From: Neolecta irregularis DAH-3
Lineage: Eukaryota
Length of the DNA: 46,492 nt
Direction of reading: 5' to 3'
NCBI GenBank assembly: GCA_001929475.1
Contig: LXFE01004399.1
Coordinates: forward strand, 1-46,492
Part shown: one piece after another, positions 25,993 through 38,236 of the stretch
Layout of the letters: each line of letters begins with the position of its first letter
How positions within the stretch are numbered: the stretch's first letter is position 1
The notes under the pieces: model-generated
Seen by the model: the letters and a program-made list of their open reading frames with translations, nothing else
The model's database searches: none
What the model was told of the DNA's origin: nothing
Translations under genes and position numbers: made by a program

Positions 25993-28022
25993 TCACATAA
26001 ATAGCTCATCTTTCCTGAACATTTGAAGCAGTGTTTTTGTCATCGGTTCTATACCGCAAAAGGTATCGAGATTATTGATGATTTCCCCCCTACAATTTCT
26101 CTCATTGTTAATTGTTTTGATTACCCAACATGCCATTTCAGCACCCTTCAGAACTTGGAATTCCGGAGCAGTTGATAGGATTTCATAAGCGTGTCCTACT
26201 AAAGACCAGAGATTTTCATTATCCTTATCCAGCTTGACAAGTGCAATTGACATCACTATTGTTGCCAGCAAAGGGCTTGTGAGTATCCAGATTTGGCCGT
26301 ACCAACGATAACTTATGGTTTCCAGGGCACAATCATTAAATTTAATCAGTGAGCGAATACTCCTTTGCGCGACTTCGAGGGTGCGTTTGCAAGAGAATTT
26401 GTTCATTTTGCGAAGAAATGGGATCTGCACACAGAGATAAAGTCGACAAAGTAAGACTTCGAATGCGAGCTCGCGGAATTGACTCTCGATCGTACCGGAT
26501 TCAAAGTCAGCAGAGAGCATTTCGTATGTTTTGAGTTCAAGTTCTTGGATTTGACGGTCAAGTGCTCCTGCTCTGTAAACGCAAGTACGTTTTGTACAAT
26601 AAGCCTCTCGGTAAATTTCATTGAAATACAAGAGCATTTTTGACATTTGAACACTCCATAATGTCCGAAATCGAGAATTTTCATCCGCCCCATCGAGCTC
26701 CGGTAGATATGCAGGATGTATGCAATCATAGTCGCCGGGATGAATCTGAGACCGCATACCGTTATACCAGGCGGTAGTACTGCTCAAGTTCAGCAAAGTT
26801 AATCTCAGCAAACTGAATCACTTTTCATAGACCAAAATAGCAACCCACATTCGCCTACGTAACTCGCATTCTGTACCGGAGAGTCCAATCTTTGAAGGCT
26901 CGCGATGTAACCTATTTCATCTCAGTCAAATCCTTAATTCAAGCGGAAAAGTGCGACCCAATGCTTTGTGCGGCATAAATCAATACGCCACTATTCATCC
27001 AGACAACAGCTAAATATGGATCAAGAATATGATGGAAATAACAAACTTACAACTAGAAGCCATATCCGCGTTGAGTTGATGTATATTGAGCGCTCTCACG
27101 ACATCAATGTCATAATTTTCCATGAAATTGCCAGCAAAGAGTACTTCCTTCACCCCAGCTTTTAATTTCAGGCGGTATTCGTAGCGATTCAATTGAACTA
27201 CTGAAAGTATTCGCTCGAGATCTGGATGGTCCTCGTTTATGTATGTTCTCAAGCTTGCACAAAGCAAAGCCAGAAGTATAGCAAGCCAGAAAGGACGATT
27301 AGGTTCAACAAGGATGTTGCCATGAGTGATTTTGTGTCTCCTCCAAAACGCGCTATATTCTTTCCGAAATGAGGGAAGATGTAGAAAAAATTGTGTTCCC
27401 GGATTTGCTATCTCGTATCGATCAATTAAGATATCTGCTATCGTCTTTGAGGGAATTAGCTCGTTAAGTAATGTTTCAAATAAGTCTCTGTGATATTCCT
27501 TGACAGGGTGCATCCCACAGTCCGACCATATATGACATGGTGTATGGTTCAAAAGTACGGACTTTTTTGTTCAACGGAGGAGAACCCAAGGCATTCTTAC
27601 ATTATTCGATGATAAGTAGGAATGGTAACGCAGACGCCCTTCCTGCAGGGCAAGATTTCCGATTTCTCTTTCTTTACTGGGGCCAGAGTTCTGCTCTCCA
27701 GGGTTATCAGAAGAACTCTCGATAGATACAAGATGGTAATTTGACTTCTTCGAAGAGGAGAGAGTTTCTTCAAGTTTCTTTAATCGTTCTATTTCTCGTT
27801 CTGCGCCGTAGATGCGACTCTCGATTTCGCTGTTATCTTGAAGAATGGCACTTCTTCCCTATCACTTGGGTTTCCCCGAGACGACGCTTACGGATTATCG
27901 TAGGAACATTCTTTTCCTGTAATAAGACAGCATTCACAAGGCAGCTTTCTGTCGCATTTCGACTTCCTAACTCGACAGCCTCGACAACTTTGTGGAATGC
28001 GCTTCCGCTTGTTGGATAGCAT
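25993..28022 (-). CDS. Zn(II)2Cys6 transcription factor with fungal-specific TF domain (copy B); zinc-cluster exon absent from the ORF track
   Basis: Exon 1 reads MLSNKRKRIPQSCRGCRVRKSKCDRKLPCECCLITGKECSYDNP; later GLHREPSKIGLSGTECELRRRMW. The 3' end may include one more exon. Confidence 0.85.
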
Positions 28023-28406
28023 ATTTTGCATTCAAATCACGACGCAATATGTTTGATAGTTATAGCCGGATTTACGTGAACGAATTGATGGTGAAACGAG
28101 TGGCATGTTTGAATTGTAATGCAATTTGGATAATTTGGAACATGCGTGCTCGCTTCGATCACCGAGGATCATAGCCCGACGTTTCTATAGCAAGCTCTTG
28201 AAAGGATTATTCATAGATCTAGCACGATCTTTCAATTACGTGAGAAAGTTCTAAGAGGGACGAATAGACATCAAGTGCGGTCTGTAAGAAGTGGCAACAA
28301 GAATTGGATAATGTGCTGAAGCATTTACTATAAATTTGGACTTAAAGATAGTAAAAATGATATTGCTTCATGTTAGGCCCCTTCGACGTTTCACGTTCTC
28401 AAATAT

Positions 28407-30335
28407 CTAAGGGCCATGATCGGAATTATTTCCGTCCTTCAGATTGTTGTGAATATATACTTTCAGCCAAGGCCATGATAGTGTTTCCACCTTTGAAAAA
28501 ACATCCAGTTCCTCCATACTTCCATCGTCGAGTATTTTCAGATCCTTTATGCGGCAGATGAGACAAAGAGCTTGCTGATAAATGCTTGAAGTCTGCAGTT
28601 CCGGAAGTGCTTCCATAGCGATGTATGCTCGATTCACTAGTTCCCACGAAGCTTGGTCTTCTAATTCGTACTTGATGAGATCTATAAGAAGCAGGATGGT
28701 TGCTAAAAGCGGACTAGTCATCATCCAAGTTTGGCCGTACCAGCGGAATTTCTCGATTTCTTGACTTCGAGTTTCGAACGCAATGATCATCTGTAATGTG
28801 CGACGCGCCCCCTCTAAACACCTTTCACGAGAGTATGGATACCGTTTGTGGGCGAAAGGTACATTGAGGCACATCAGTATGCGGGAAATTGCATATTCCA
28901 TCAGTAATGCTTGAAAGAAAACTCTAGGATCTGGATCGTTAAAAGATAGATGGAGTGCTATTTTGATCTCAGCTTCCAGTTCACGAAAGGATGAATCCAA
29001 TACAAGAATTCCTTCATGCGTCGGGGGTGAATGTGAATAGGCAAGAGCGTACATATCGGGTAGAAAGAGGGCTATTTGACATTGGTAAACAACCCATTTC
29101 ATACGATCTCGAATTCGGGGCTCATTCCCGTCCAAATCGGCATTGTAGCTTGGCCCTGGACAATCCAAATCATCTTTGCGAATTCTGGAGGGAAGGCCTT
29201 CGTGCCAGGAAGTAGCGCTGTATATGGTCAGAATAGGGAGAGTTAAACACTTTTTGCCTTTCGTATATACGAATTACTGTCCACATTCGGCGTCGAATTT
29301 CACATGCGAGGGGAGACAGGCCAAACTGAACTGGATCTCGAGGAAGGCTTCGGATTAGGTTTCATCGCGACCTTTGGAATGTATACCTCAAGGCATGGGC
29401 CATTCTAACCATGAGACCACTATGCGTCCAGATCATCGCTACTAGTTAGCGCATTGACTTGACATAAATCTCACGAGGAGGTATGATATCAACGTTGAGT
29501 TGATTGACGCAGTGGACCTGCATCACATCCATGTCGTAATTTTCGATATACTTGCCGTGTCGCAGACTTTCCATTAGACCATCCTGTAATTCTTTTCTGA
29601 GCTGAAGCAGAGGCCTTTTGTAATATTTGAGTAATGGCTGCAAGCCCAGGTCATCCTCTCGTATGAATGTTCTGAGTGTAGCACAATAAACTGCCAGCAG
29701 AATAGAGATCCAGAATGGGCGTCCAGGTTGGATCATGACATTGGGAGCGGTGTCAACATACCTATTCCAAAAGGCAAGATGTTCTCCCAGGAATGTCGGA
29801 ATATGTATATAGACAAGAACCTCAGGTATTGTATCAATGAAACGACGAAGAAAAAGATCTGATATCTCAGGGGTCGGGATGAGTTGTCGTATGGGTTCGG
29901 GAAGCAAGGGAAGCAAACTGGGGAAGTCTTCTGTAGATTGAAAATCCTGTTTATCGGTTGACCGAACAGCCCCATGAATTGTTGCCTTCCCTAGTTACAA
30001 AGCGCCGACTGGTTAAGAAGAACCGTACGGGAAGCTGCGCGATTTCTCTTAAACCCGCAATATCAGTAGAATTTTCCTGAGCTTCTGATTGGAGTCTTGC
30101 CAACTCTGCTTCTGCTTCCCGAAGTCTATCAAGCAATTGGTCTGAATCTTCAATAATCACGCTCCTAAGAAAGTCAGCTCCCTATAGTAAAAGAAGCACC
30201 CTACGGATCATCATAGACACATTCTTCTCCCCGCTTCACACATGTCTCGCAAGGTAGTCTGCGATTGCACCTCATCTTTTTGCTTCTGCATAGTTGACAA
30301 CTTTGAGGTATCCTACGTCTCTTGGCCAAATCCAT
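28407..30335 (-). CDS. Zn(II)2Cys6 transcription factor with fungal-specific TF domain (copy A)
   Basis: Exon 1 reads MDLAKRRRIPQSCQLCRSKKMRCNRRLPCETCVKRGEECVYDDP; later RDPVQFGLSPLACEIRRRMW and FRWYGQTWMMTSPLLATI. Confidence 0.87.
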
Positions 30336-32911
30336 GAGAATAAAGAGCGGACATCCGGAGAGGGAAAACGCGGTAGATAAAACGAAAGGCTATAGTTTTA
30401 GACGCGAGATCCTATGAAGTCATCACAAGCTCAGTGTATCCTTAGTTCTTGGTCGAGTCCTTGTAGAATGCCAGCCTGTTTGTCATGGTCGCGGCAAGCT
30501 CCAGCTCAGAATGGATTCGGAGGCCGAGACTTTATCCACGTACAATCCTTTCAGGGCTAAACAGGACATCTCATTGATCGTAATGGTCTACGTGAATGCG
30601 CCAGCATTGGGTGTAATTATATATCACGATATATTCATGTGAAGAATATAATCAGCGTAAACGCTATTAACATCCTGGAAAGCTCTGAAGTAAATATCGC
30701 TTAAAGGGCAAATGACAATGCGTTTTCAACTCTTGTCGTAAAGTAGAACGCATTGCACCAATTTGGGTGACTTCGCCTCCTATACGAGGATATTTTTAGC
30801 TTCATTTTGACAATGTGTCAAGAAATCATTCAGAGACGATAAGAGAAGGCCATTAGACATAATTTCTCTCAGTATAAAAGGCAAGTTCTCTAAATGTGAT
30901 AGAAATAACAGAAAACTGTCGCAAGCAGCTCCAATCCGGAGGCATGATGTTCTCAGAATTTCATCCGGCTAGGTAATGCGTTAATAATCGCTGCCGGAGG
31001 CCTATTATGGCGTTTCCTAACTAGTGTTTCCAAGTATTTCTGGCTTAACCCGGTTGTCTGAATTATCAATGACGTCCACTTTGAGTGAGGTGGGGTTTGA
31101 AATCAATGAGAAATGAGCTCCCGAAATCATGGACGTGAGTTTACGTGCAATGAAACGTATGAGCGAAGAGGCAATTTTAAAATGACGACATATTCCATTT
31201 ACAGACTTTAATTGAAACCACGCGAATTCTAGCCTCACCCGAAATCTCAGTAGAAAAGGGGCTTTAGTCGATCGACCATTGAAGCTATGTTCAGGTGTAA
31301 AACCATTCTAGTAAACCCTGTCCTCAAATAAAGCGTTATAATGCCTACAGGGATACTGCGCAAAGGCCTGATTCAAACAGTTAATTGGCCGCATGCCTTG
31401 GAAGACTGACAGATATGACGGAAAAGAGACAGTAATCTCACATGGTCATGACGACATCTTCCTAAAAAAAAGATTTCTTAGAGGCGACAAGCAGTGTTTA
31501 TGCCACTTCAAATACCGTTTAATATGCATCGCTATGGCGTTAACAGTTGTTTCACATACCCCGCTTTATCACAATTTCGCTTTAGTGCCAATTCATCTTA
31601 ACAGTCAGAGGCACTATGGCGTTTATTGCTTTATTTATCGCTTTAGTCGCTCTCGTTGAGGAGACGCCCGTTATTGCTGCATCCAACAACGACGTTTCAG
31701 AAACTAAAACTAGGGTCCAGCGTAGAGATCCGGTCGTGAAGCGCCAAATATCAGCATAGAAAACCGGGAGGACAAATGTTGCTAGAGATTCAAACTTTCG
31801 TTCAACGTCATAGTGGTGAAGCATCAAATGTCAAGGCAGAAATCAGGAGAGGACGAAAGGTTTTGCCAAACATCTTTCTTCCACCCCCAGTACTAGCTCG
31901 AGCGGGATGAAGGATACTACCAGTCATATACAAAAGTAGACTGAGATTTAATAGAACAACTGTTTGATTGACAATTCGAACAAGTCAACATGCCCCTTCG
32001 ACTCCCACTGGGGCATTGCTCATCAACACCTCTCACGAGTAAAAAATTCCAGTCTTTGTCGGAGAGGAATAGTTCGACATGTGGTTTGTAAGTGTGCAGC
32101 TAGCGGTGTTGTACTATATATTCAAGTCTGTTTGCCAATGAATCAGTGACTAGGCCTGTTATATACAATCTTGACGTGCCATGCATCTGCTTTCATTATC
32201 ATTATCATTATCACTAGCACTAAAACTTTCTTATTCCCTTCAGTGTATCGCATCGCGGGGATAATACGTGTACCTTCCTCGTACGATCAAGTGAAAATTA
32301 GGATGTCCTTATTCTTAAACTCTTTAGGATGTACAAATATGTCTATGAATATTTGCTCTTTTTTTCAGTCAAGGGTTTCTCATCTTGTCGAAGTGCGGAA
32401 ATTTTTCCTGCTTTCGAGGTGTAAGCTATGCGCTTAGAAGTACGATAAGACCAAGTGTTATAACTAGCCTAAGTATTCGTACTTGGCTAGGAATATCCAA
32501 CTTCCGCCTTTATATACTTCCCGTCAAGCCACCTTGCCGTATTGGTAAGATATACCCTAGGCAGTTCGAAAGCTAGAATTTTCTATGACTCTGGGAAATA
32601 GTCTCCATTTTGAACCGACTATCCCATGGTAATCTCGCTATTTGGGATGACCTGTTAGTCTTGGTATGGAGGCATGACCAGAGATTAGAAAACATTGACA
32701 TAACGATCTAGCGGTGTGAAGGCATTCATACTCTTTGGCAACCTTGAATCTTTTCCAGTAATTAAAGGAATTCAGTAACAAGGCTGCAGAATCTGTCTAA
32801 AGTGAGGGTCATAAAACACAGATAAAAATTCAGATATGATATACAAATACCGCACTGGGTGAAAAAAGAAAAAGCACACAAGCGCATCCAATGTAATAAA
32901 GAGGACATCGA

Positions 32912-33307
32912 TCAGTATTTCGCGACTGGAGGATAAGCTGGAGCTTGATAGGCAGGCTGTTGTTGTCCGTACTGTTGTTGAGCGTATTGCGGGCCTTGAT
33001 TATACTGGTACTGGAGCTGAGATGGCTGTTGATTCTGGTTGAACTTGTTCATGCCGAATCTTCCCATGAAACCACCTGCTTGTGTGGACGGTTGACCCTG
33101 TACACAAAGGCGCCTACGTCTCGAGCGAATTGCGCAAAGAGCAAATAGCACTGTGAGTGTAACAGCTCCACCGAGCAAAATCCATCGTCCAAAAGAGGAC
33201 CAGCGGCTTTGATAGTAACATCGTCCAAATGAATCACAGTAGTATCCGTATGACCGAACAACCAAATGCTGCGTTGTGGCACCGGCTATCTGGGCGAGAG
33301 CAGGCAT
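32912..33307 (-). CDS. Small single-pass membrane protein, RCR (chitin regulation / Congo red resistance)-like
   Basis: YYCDSFGRCYYQSRWSSFGRWILL, a TM helix, an RRRR stop-transfer segment and a Q/Y/P-rich tail ending APAYPPVAKY. Confidence 0.7.
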   Translation of the reverse strand: MPALAQIAGATTQHLVVRSYGYYCDSFGRCYYQSRWSSFGRWILLGGAVTLTVLFALCAIRSRRRRLCVQGQPSTQAGGFMGRFGMNKFNQNQQPSQLQYQYNQGPQYAQQQYGQQQPAYQAPAYPPVAKY

Positions 33308-33656
33308 TTCCTTTCGGTGCGGTTGAAGTTGAAATGTGCGGAAGTCGGTTATTTTATACAACACTGCGCCTTGTTACCTTTATTGGCAGTTTACATGAAC
33401 CAAATTTGATGATAGCTATTATTAGAACTAATCTCAGTATTTTTCACTGATTATTGATGCAGTTAATGAGAACTTTAGGTCTGCTTCTTGCCCATCAAAT
33501 TTGAATATTGGATGAAAAGCGTTATTATAATATTTCATTGGATACCTCAAGCCCTACCATATTTTCCCAAGCTATTACGGCGATGGAGCACCAACGTTTT
33601 GGATAGAATACTATACGCACTTGGATTTGAGATAACCCCAAATCACTAATGAGATA

Positions 33657-36410
33657 TCACGAAATCACCTCCCAGTCCTTTCTTTGGATAACCTCAAACT
33701 GCGTAGGATCCATTACAAGCTCTAGTTCTGTAAGGATACAGGGTATATTCTTACCAATACAGCAAGTGGCTTTAGTGATATTGACAGCATTAAATAAGAG
33801 GGTATATAAAGAAGGGAACCACATATACCTAACCTGGGTTACATTCATATAACTTAGGTTAGACAATTAAACCTAGTCATATTTGTACCCGAAGCGAACC
33901 ACTTACAAGTTCCCTAGAAATCCATGTCATGTTTCTGCTAAACTACCTGGCACAAGCACCTCGAATATCGACAAGTAATTTTGGACACCTGTTATGATCT
34001 ATATTCCCTCTAATTGCAAATCTTGCATATTCGCTTTGAGTTTTCTGAAGTTGATCAGACCCTTCCAGGCTCTCATTTTTACTCTTCATTATACAAATGA
34101 GTCCTTTGAAAGACATCCACATAAAAGTCCGGCTGGATGACATCAATGAGTAGTCTTTCCTGAGTTTCGATAACTCTTGACCCTTGGACCAGATGTTCAG
34201 AGCATAATGTTGAGACGTCCTCCCAGGTCGAAATTTCTGAAGTCGGTGGATTGGCAGTTAGTGACCCAGAATGTACAATGGACACTGCAGGCATCGTACA
34301 ATCAAGAGGCTTACTAATAATTTCAGTAGATCTTTCAAAGTCAGCAATGTTTACGAGAAACGGCCTCTAGGAATAGTTATCCGAATATACTGGCAAACTT
34401 TGAACAATGCAGCATTTTTTATTGTTCGAAGTACGTCCTGGCTATAAATACTTTCAGTAAAACCGGGTTGTTACCTTGGTAGATAGTCGCATGGTCCATT
34501 TCATGCCCAAGCCACTTTTACCAGCAATGACATGCTCTTTGTCCGTTTGAGCACCTATCACTAACTCAAAGACTTGATTATCCGGAGTTGTCGATGCTTC
34601 TCCTGGAATCTCGGCCTTGCCGCGCCTGTCACCATATAGGGTGACATTATTAATCAACTGCAACCGAACTCTTGAAATCTAGCTGTAATTAGTTTCTTCA
34701 ATGAGCAGGACGGTCCTTTTTTGAACTATTGTTCTCTATTCGAATATCCACTACAACATCTTCCCCAGATGGAATTAGGGGTTGTTCAATCTTTGCTGAA
34801 ACAAAAACTCCATGTTCAGTCGTTGTCATTCGAAGTGGTTGTTGATATTCTGCATTGCGCAGGTCCCAGGTTCCTACAACATCCACTGATTCGGATTTTT
34901 CAATAATCTCTGTGGTTCCAAGCATTCTAACTTTGGTGTATCCTGTTATAACGTATTTGATCCTCGCAACTTCGACTTCCGTACTAGATGGACTATCTTT
35001 TGGAAGATTAAAGGTAAAAGGAAATGAATGTAATCCTTCTTTAGCTTTACGGTAACCTTCAGAATCAGGTGGTGGATGAGGGAATGAGACTGCCGATGTG
35101 ATACTTTCAAAGTTACGACAACGAATGTATGGCAAAGTTTGCGAGGGTAATTGGAAAATATGGCGAGATTGAAGGAATACAAAAGCGCGCGAAGGATGAG
35201 ATGGCCGAGATTGGACTTCTTTGATAGTTCAGCATTTTGAAAGGGCTCGAAAGAAACCTTCATAACCCAAAAGTTCGATTCCTATCTCCCCAACAGTGAA
35301 AGAACCTAGCTTCTTGGAACCGAAACTTTTACTGCTTTTAACGACAAGGTCCATTCTGCCAAATATTTCGCCTCCTGCTACGAATGTAGTTTTGTGAAGT
35401 ATGATTTTAATCTTGATCATACGAAGATGCGCAAATGTGTTAACCGTCGGATGACGTATGGCTGGAAACGATAACTCCGGATGTCTGATTGGAGGAAAAG
35501 GTAAATGGGTTAAAGTTATCAAAGGGTCTGATTTCAAAGTGGAATAAACCCCAGCAGACGACGGTATATGTTGGAGAGAACCATGTGGGATTTTAGGGAG
35601 AAGCCTTATGTTCGACTTCTCTGTCGAATGCTGGCTCCTGAAAGATTGTTGGTAGTCCGAAAAAGAAAGCGTCGGCGAAGAAGATCGATTTGGAGTAGTT
35701 ACGAATTCGGAGGAAGATCTTAGAGTTTGGAGGGATCTCCCATATTGACTTTCAATCGACGTATGATAGGAGGGACGAAATGGCTCTGTTTCTCCGGGAG
35801 ATATAGACGGAATCAATGAAACTGGAGAGAAATGGCTTGATTGCGTATTATGCCTTCCAATACCAGAATCTTGCTGACTTGGCAGAGAGGTCGTGCTACA
35901 GCCTGGATTTCCGTCGAATTGTCCGACATCCAGAATCGCTGGTGCATCTGACCAGTCCCAAGCATATGAAGGATAGAAGTCCGAAGGCTGTTCCTCAAAA
36001 TTGTTCAAGTTAGAAGAAATAAGCGAATGATATTTTCCGAAACCTGGTCTGGCAGAAACGTGCGGAGGGGCGATTATGCACGAATTTCGATATGATTCCT
36101 CCCCTTTGTGTGGAGTCAGGGGAACTCCAACTTGATGATCCTGGGAGAATTGAACGGGTACAAGTTCTTTCGGAATCACAGGGTAGAATTGTTCATTTCT
36201 CTGGGATATTTGTGTTGGACTGTCGAGACAATCTGAATCTGGAGAGGGATTTCGGAAACCAGGGGTTGACAGATGCTGTCTAGTCACGGCAGGACTTTTA
36301 TATTGGTCCAATGCCGGAGATGGCTTTGCATAGCCAGAATGGGCTTCCCCGGGTGGTTCAAAACCATCATAGGAGCAATAGTCTGGCATCCAATTGCTTT
36401 GATGGTTCAT
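33657..36410 (-). CDS. Arrestin-fold protein with a long disordered N-terminus
   Basis: IILHKTTFVAGGEIFGRMDL, GLHSFPFTFNLP.DSPSS....ARIKYVITG and GEDVVVDIRIENNSSKK (arrestin N/C domain patterns). The 3' exons are less certain. Confidence 0.72.
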
Positions 36411-37884
36411 GGAGTGGGACAGGAAGGAATTTAATTAGCGGGCCGGTCTAAGAAGGGAAAGTGTGTTGATGCGAGATGCATGTTGCAACCCGCGGGAACA
36501 AACTGCCGACTTTGTGGTCTTATCGGTGAAGATGCGAGTTTGTCAGACACCCACCGCACGCCACTGACGTAACCCGATACCCGATGGCCGATCTTGTTGT
36601 TTTGTCTGAGGTGTCTGATCCCGTATCATTCTATTTGCACAAACAGCAACAGACAACAGAAACTTGTCCCTTAGTGATTTTCTTGAGCTGTGCATGAGAA
36701 CATCGTGTATTGCCGCGAGGCTTTGTATCATGCCGAGTACATCTGCGGTGCCGGTTGCAGTTCTCAGTATGAGCAGGGGCATGAGGACTATTCCGAAAGA
36801 AGGTGCTTCCCAGAATGGACTGTGGCAGAGAGTCTTTGGCTATCCGCCCAAAGTCTGCTCAAAGCAACACAGAGGAAATCTTTGGGGTAAATGAAAGAGT
36901 CGTCAATTCTACCGAGTCGGCTGGAAGTCGAACCCTTATACCACCAACGTAGCCAATTCCGCTTCCGTGGAAAGGTCGAATCGGCCCTGCGTATGCAACT
37001 CTATATGCTCCAAGTTCAAACTGACCTCCTCTAGCTACTTGAACACTATCCTTTGCGGATTGGAACCTCCAATTTTCTGCTAATATGCTGGATGGAAAAA
37101 ATCAACAAACCCGAAAATAAGGACCTAGACATGATGATCTCTCAAAACTCATTGAATGGAACGAACGATTCGGAATCCGGTTTTTAAGAATGTCAAGCGA
37201 AATGTTTCCTTTTGCCAGTCATAAAATCTCTGGTGATATTCTCTAGAGCATGCAGACAAGGCATTGAAAGAAGCTGGCAGACTCGCTGTGAAATATAGCC
37301 ACAGACTGACCACTCATCCTGGTATTGAAACTATGTGAATTATATCTAATAGAGAGGCCAGTTTACTCAGATTGCTAGCCCCCACCCAGATGTCTGTAAC
37401 ACTTAGAATACCATGTGGAAATGATAGAACGATCTGCCCTAAGCCTATGCCACTCACTGGCAAAGCTGATCTCCACTCTACAATGGCGGCCTGCTCTTCT
37501 ACTCCCTGCCGCTCTTTGCTGTTGCCAGTGCTTTCCTCTGCTGCTTGTCTCCCCATCCTCGCCTCCACCATCATCCCCAGCTAGGCTTTGTCTCTGCTTA
37601 CGCTGTATTGCAAGCTCAAGTGGGCCAGCTACAACCTATTCTGTGGAGGGCCAAAGCCCATGGGCTTTTCAGAGAACTGGGCTTTTCAAAGGACTGGGCT
37701 GGCCCATGGGCCCAGGTGAAGCTATTCAGATTGCTTATTCCAAAGTGTTATGGATTGGAATACTATCTAGACTTTGTAATAGCAGATTGTAGAGTACCAA
37801 TTGTTCCACACGGGTATTGTGGGAGTGGGACTTAAGCGATTTTTCCTCTCTGGTGTCATTGCGTAAAGAGGATCCTCACCCAAT

Positions 37885-38080
37885 AATTCGAATTTTAAGA
37901 GAAGCCATATAAATGTGGTGCACACCAAACGCGCGCTGAAAATTTGAATTTTTAAAAAAAAGCCAAGTTTTTAAAATGTGGAGCGCACCAAGCTCGAGCT
38001 CAAAATTCGAATTATAAAATAAGCCACATTTTATGAAATTTGGTGCGAAGAAACGCACCCTTAATTCGAACTTGTAAAAT
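37885..38080. repeat. Degenerate ~60-bp tandem repeat, about 3.3 copies
   Basis: Units start at 37885, 37941, 38004 and 38063 and share AATTCGAATT..AAGCCA..AAATGTGG.GC.CACCAA. Confidence 0.7.
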
Positions 38081-38236
38081 TTATTCATTGGAAACACTAG
38101 CGCATTTAATTTCGGTATAACATGGTTTGTTAGCTTGCATAGTACCAAATTAGTCGTCTCGGGACTACCATAAACACTATTCAAGACAATGAAACACTGG
38201 ATCAAAAAAAGCCTCCTTCCTCGAAATTAAAGCACC

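Noticed and set aside
32181-32264. 27-aa signal-peptide-like ORF (MHLLSLSLSLSLALKLSYSLQC...)
   Set aside because: Hydrophobicity comes from a (TCATTA)n microsatellite, and extending it requires assuming an unsupported non-canonical intron.
36915-36965. GGTTCGACTTCC on the minus strand resembling a tRNA T-loop / B-box
   Set aside because: No cloverleaf, acceptor stem or A-box could be built around it.
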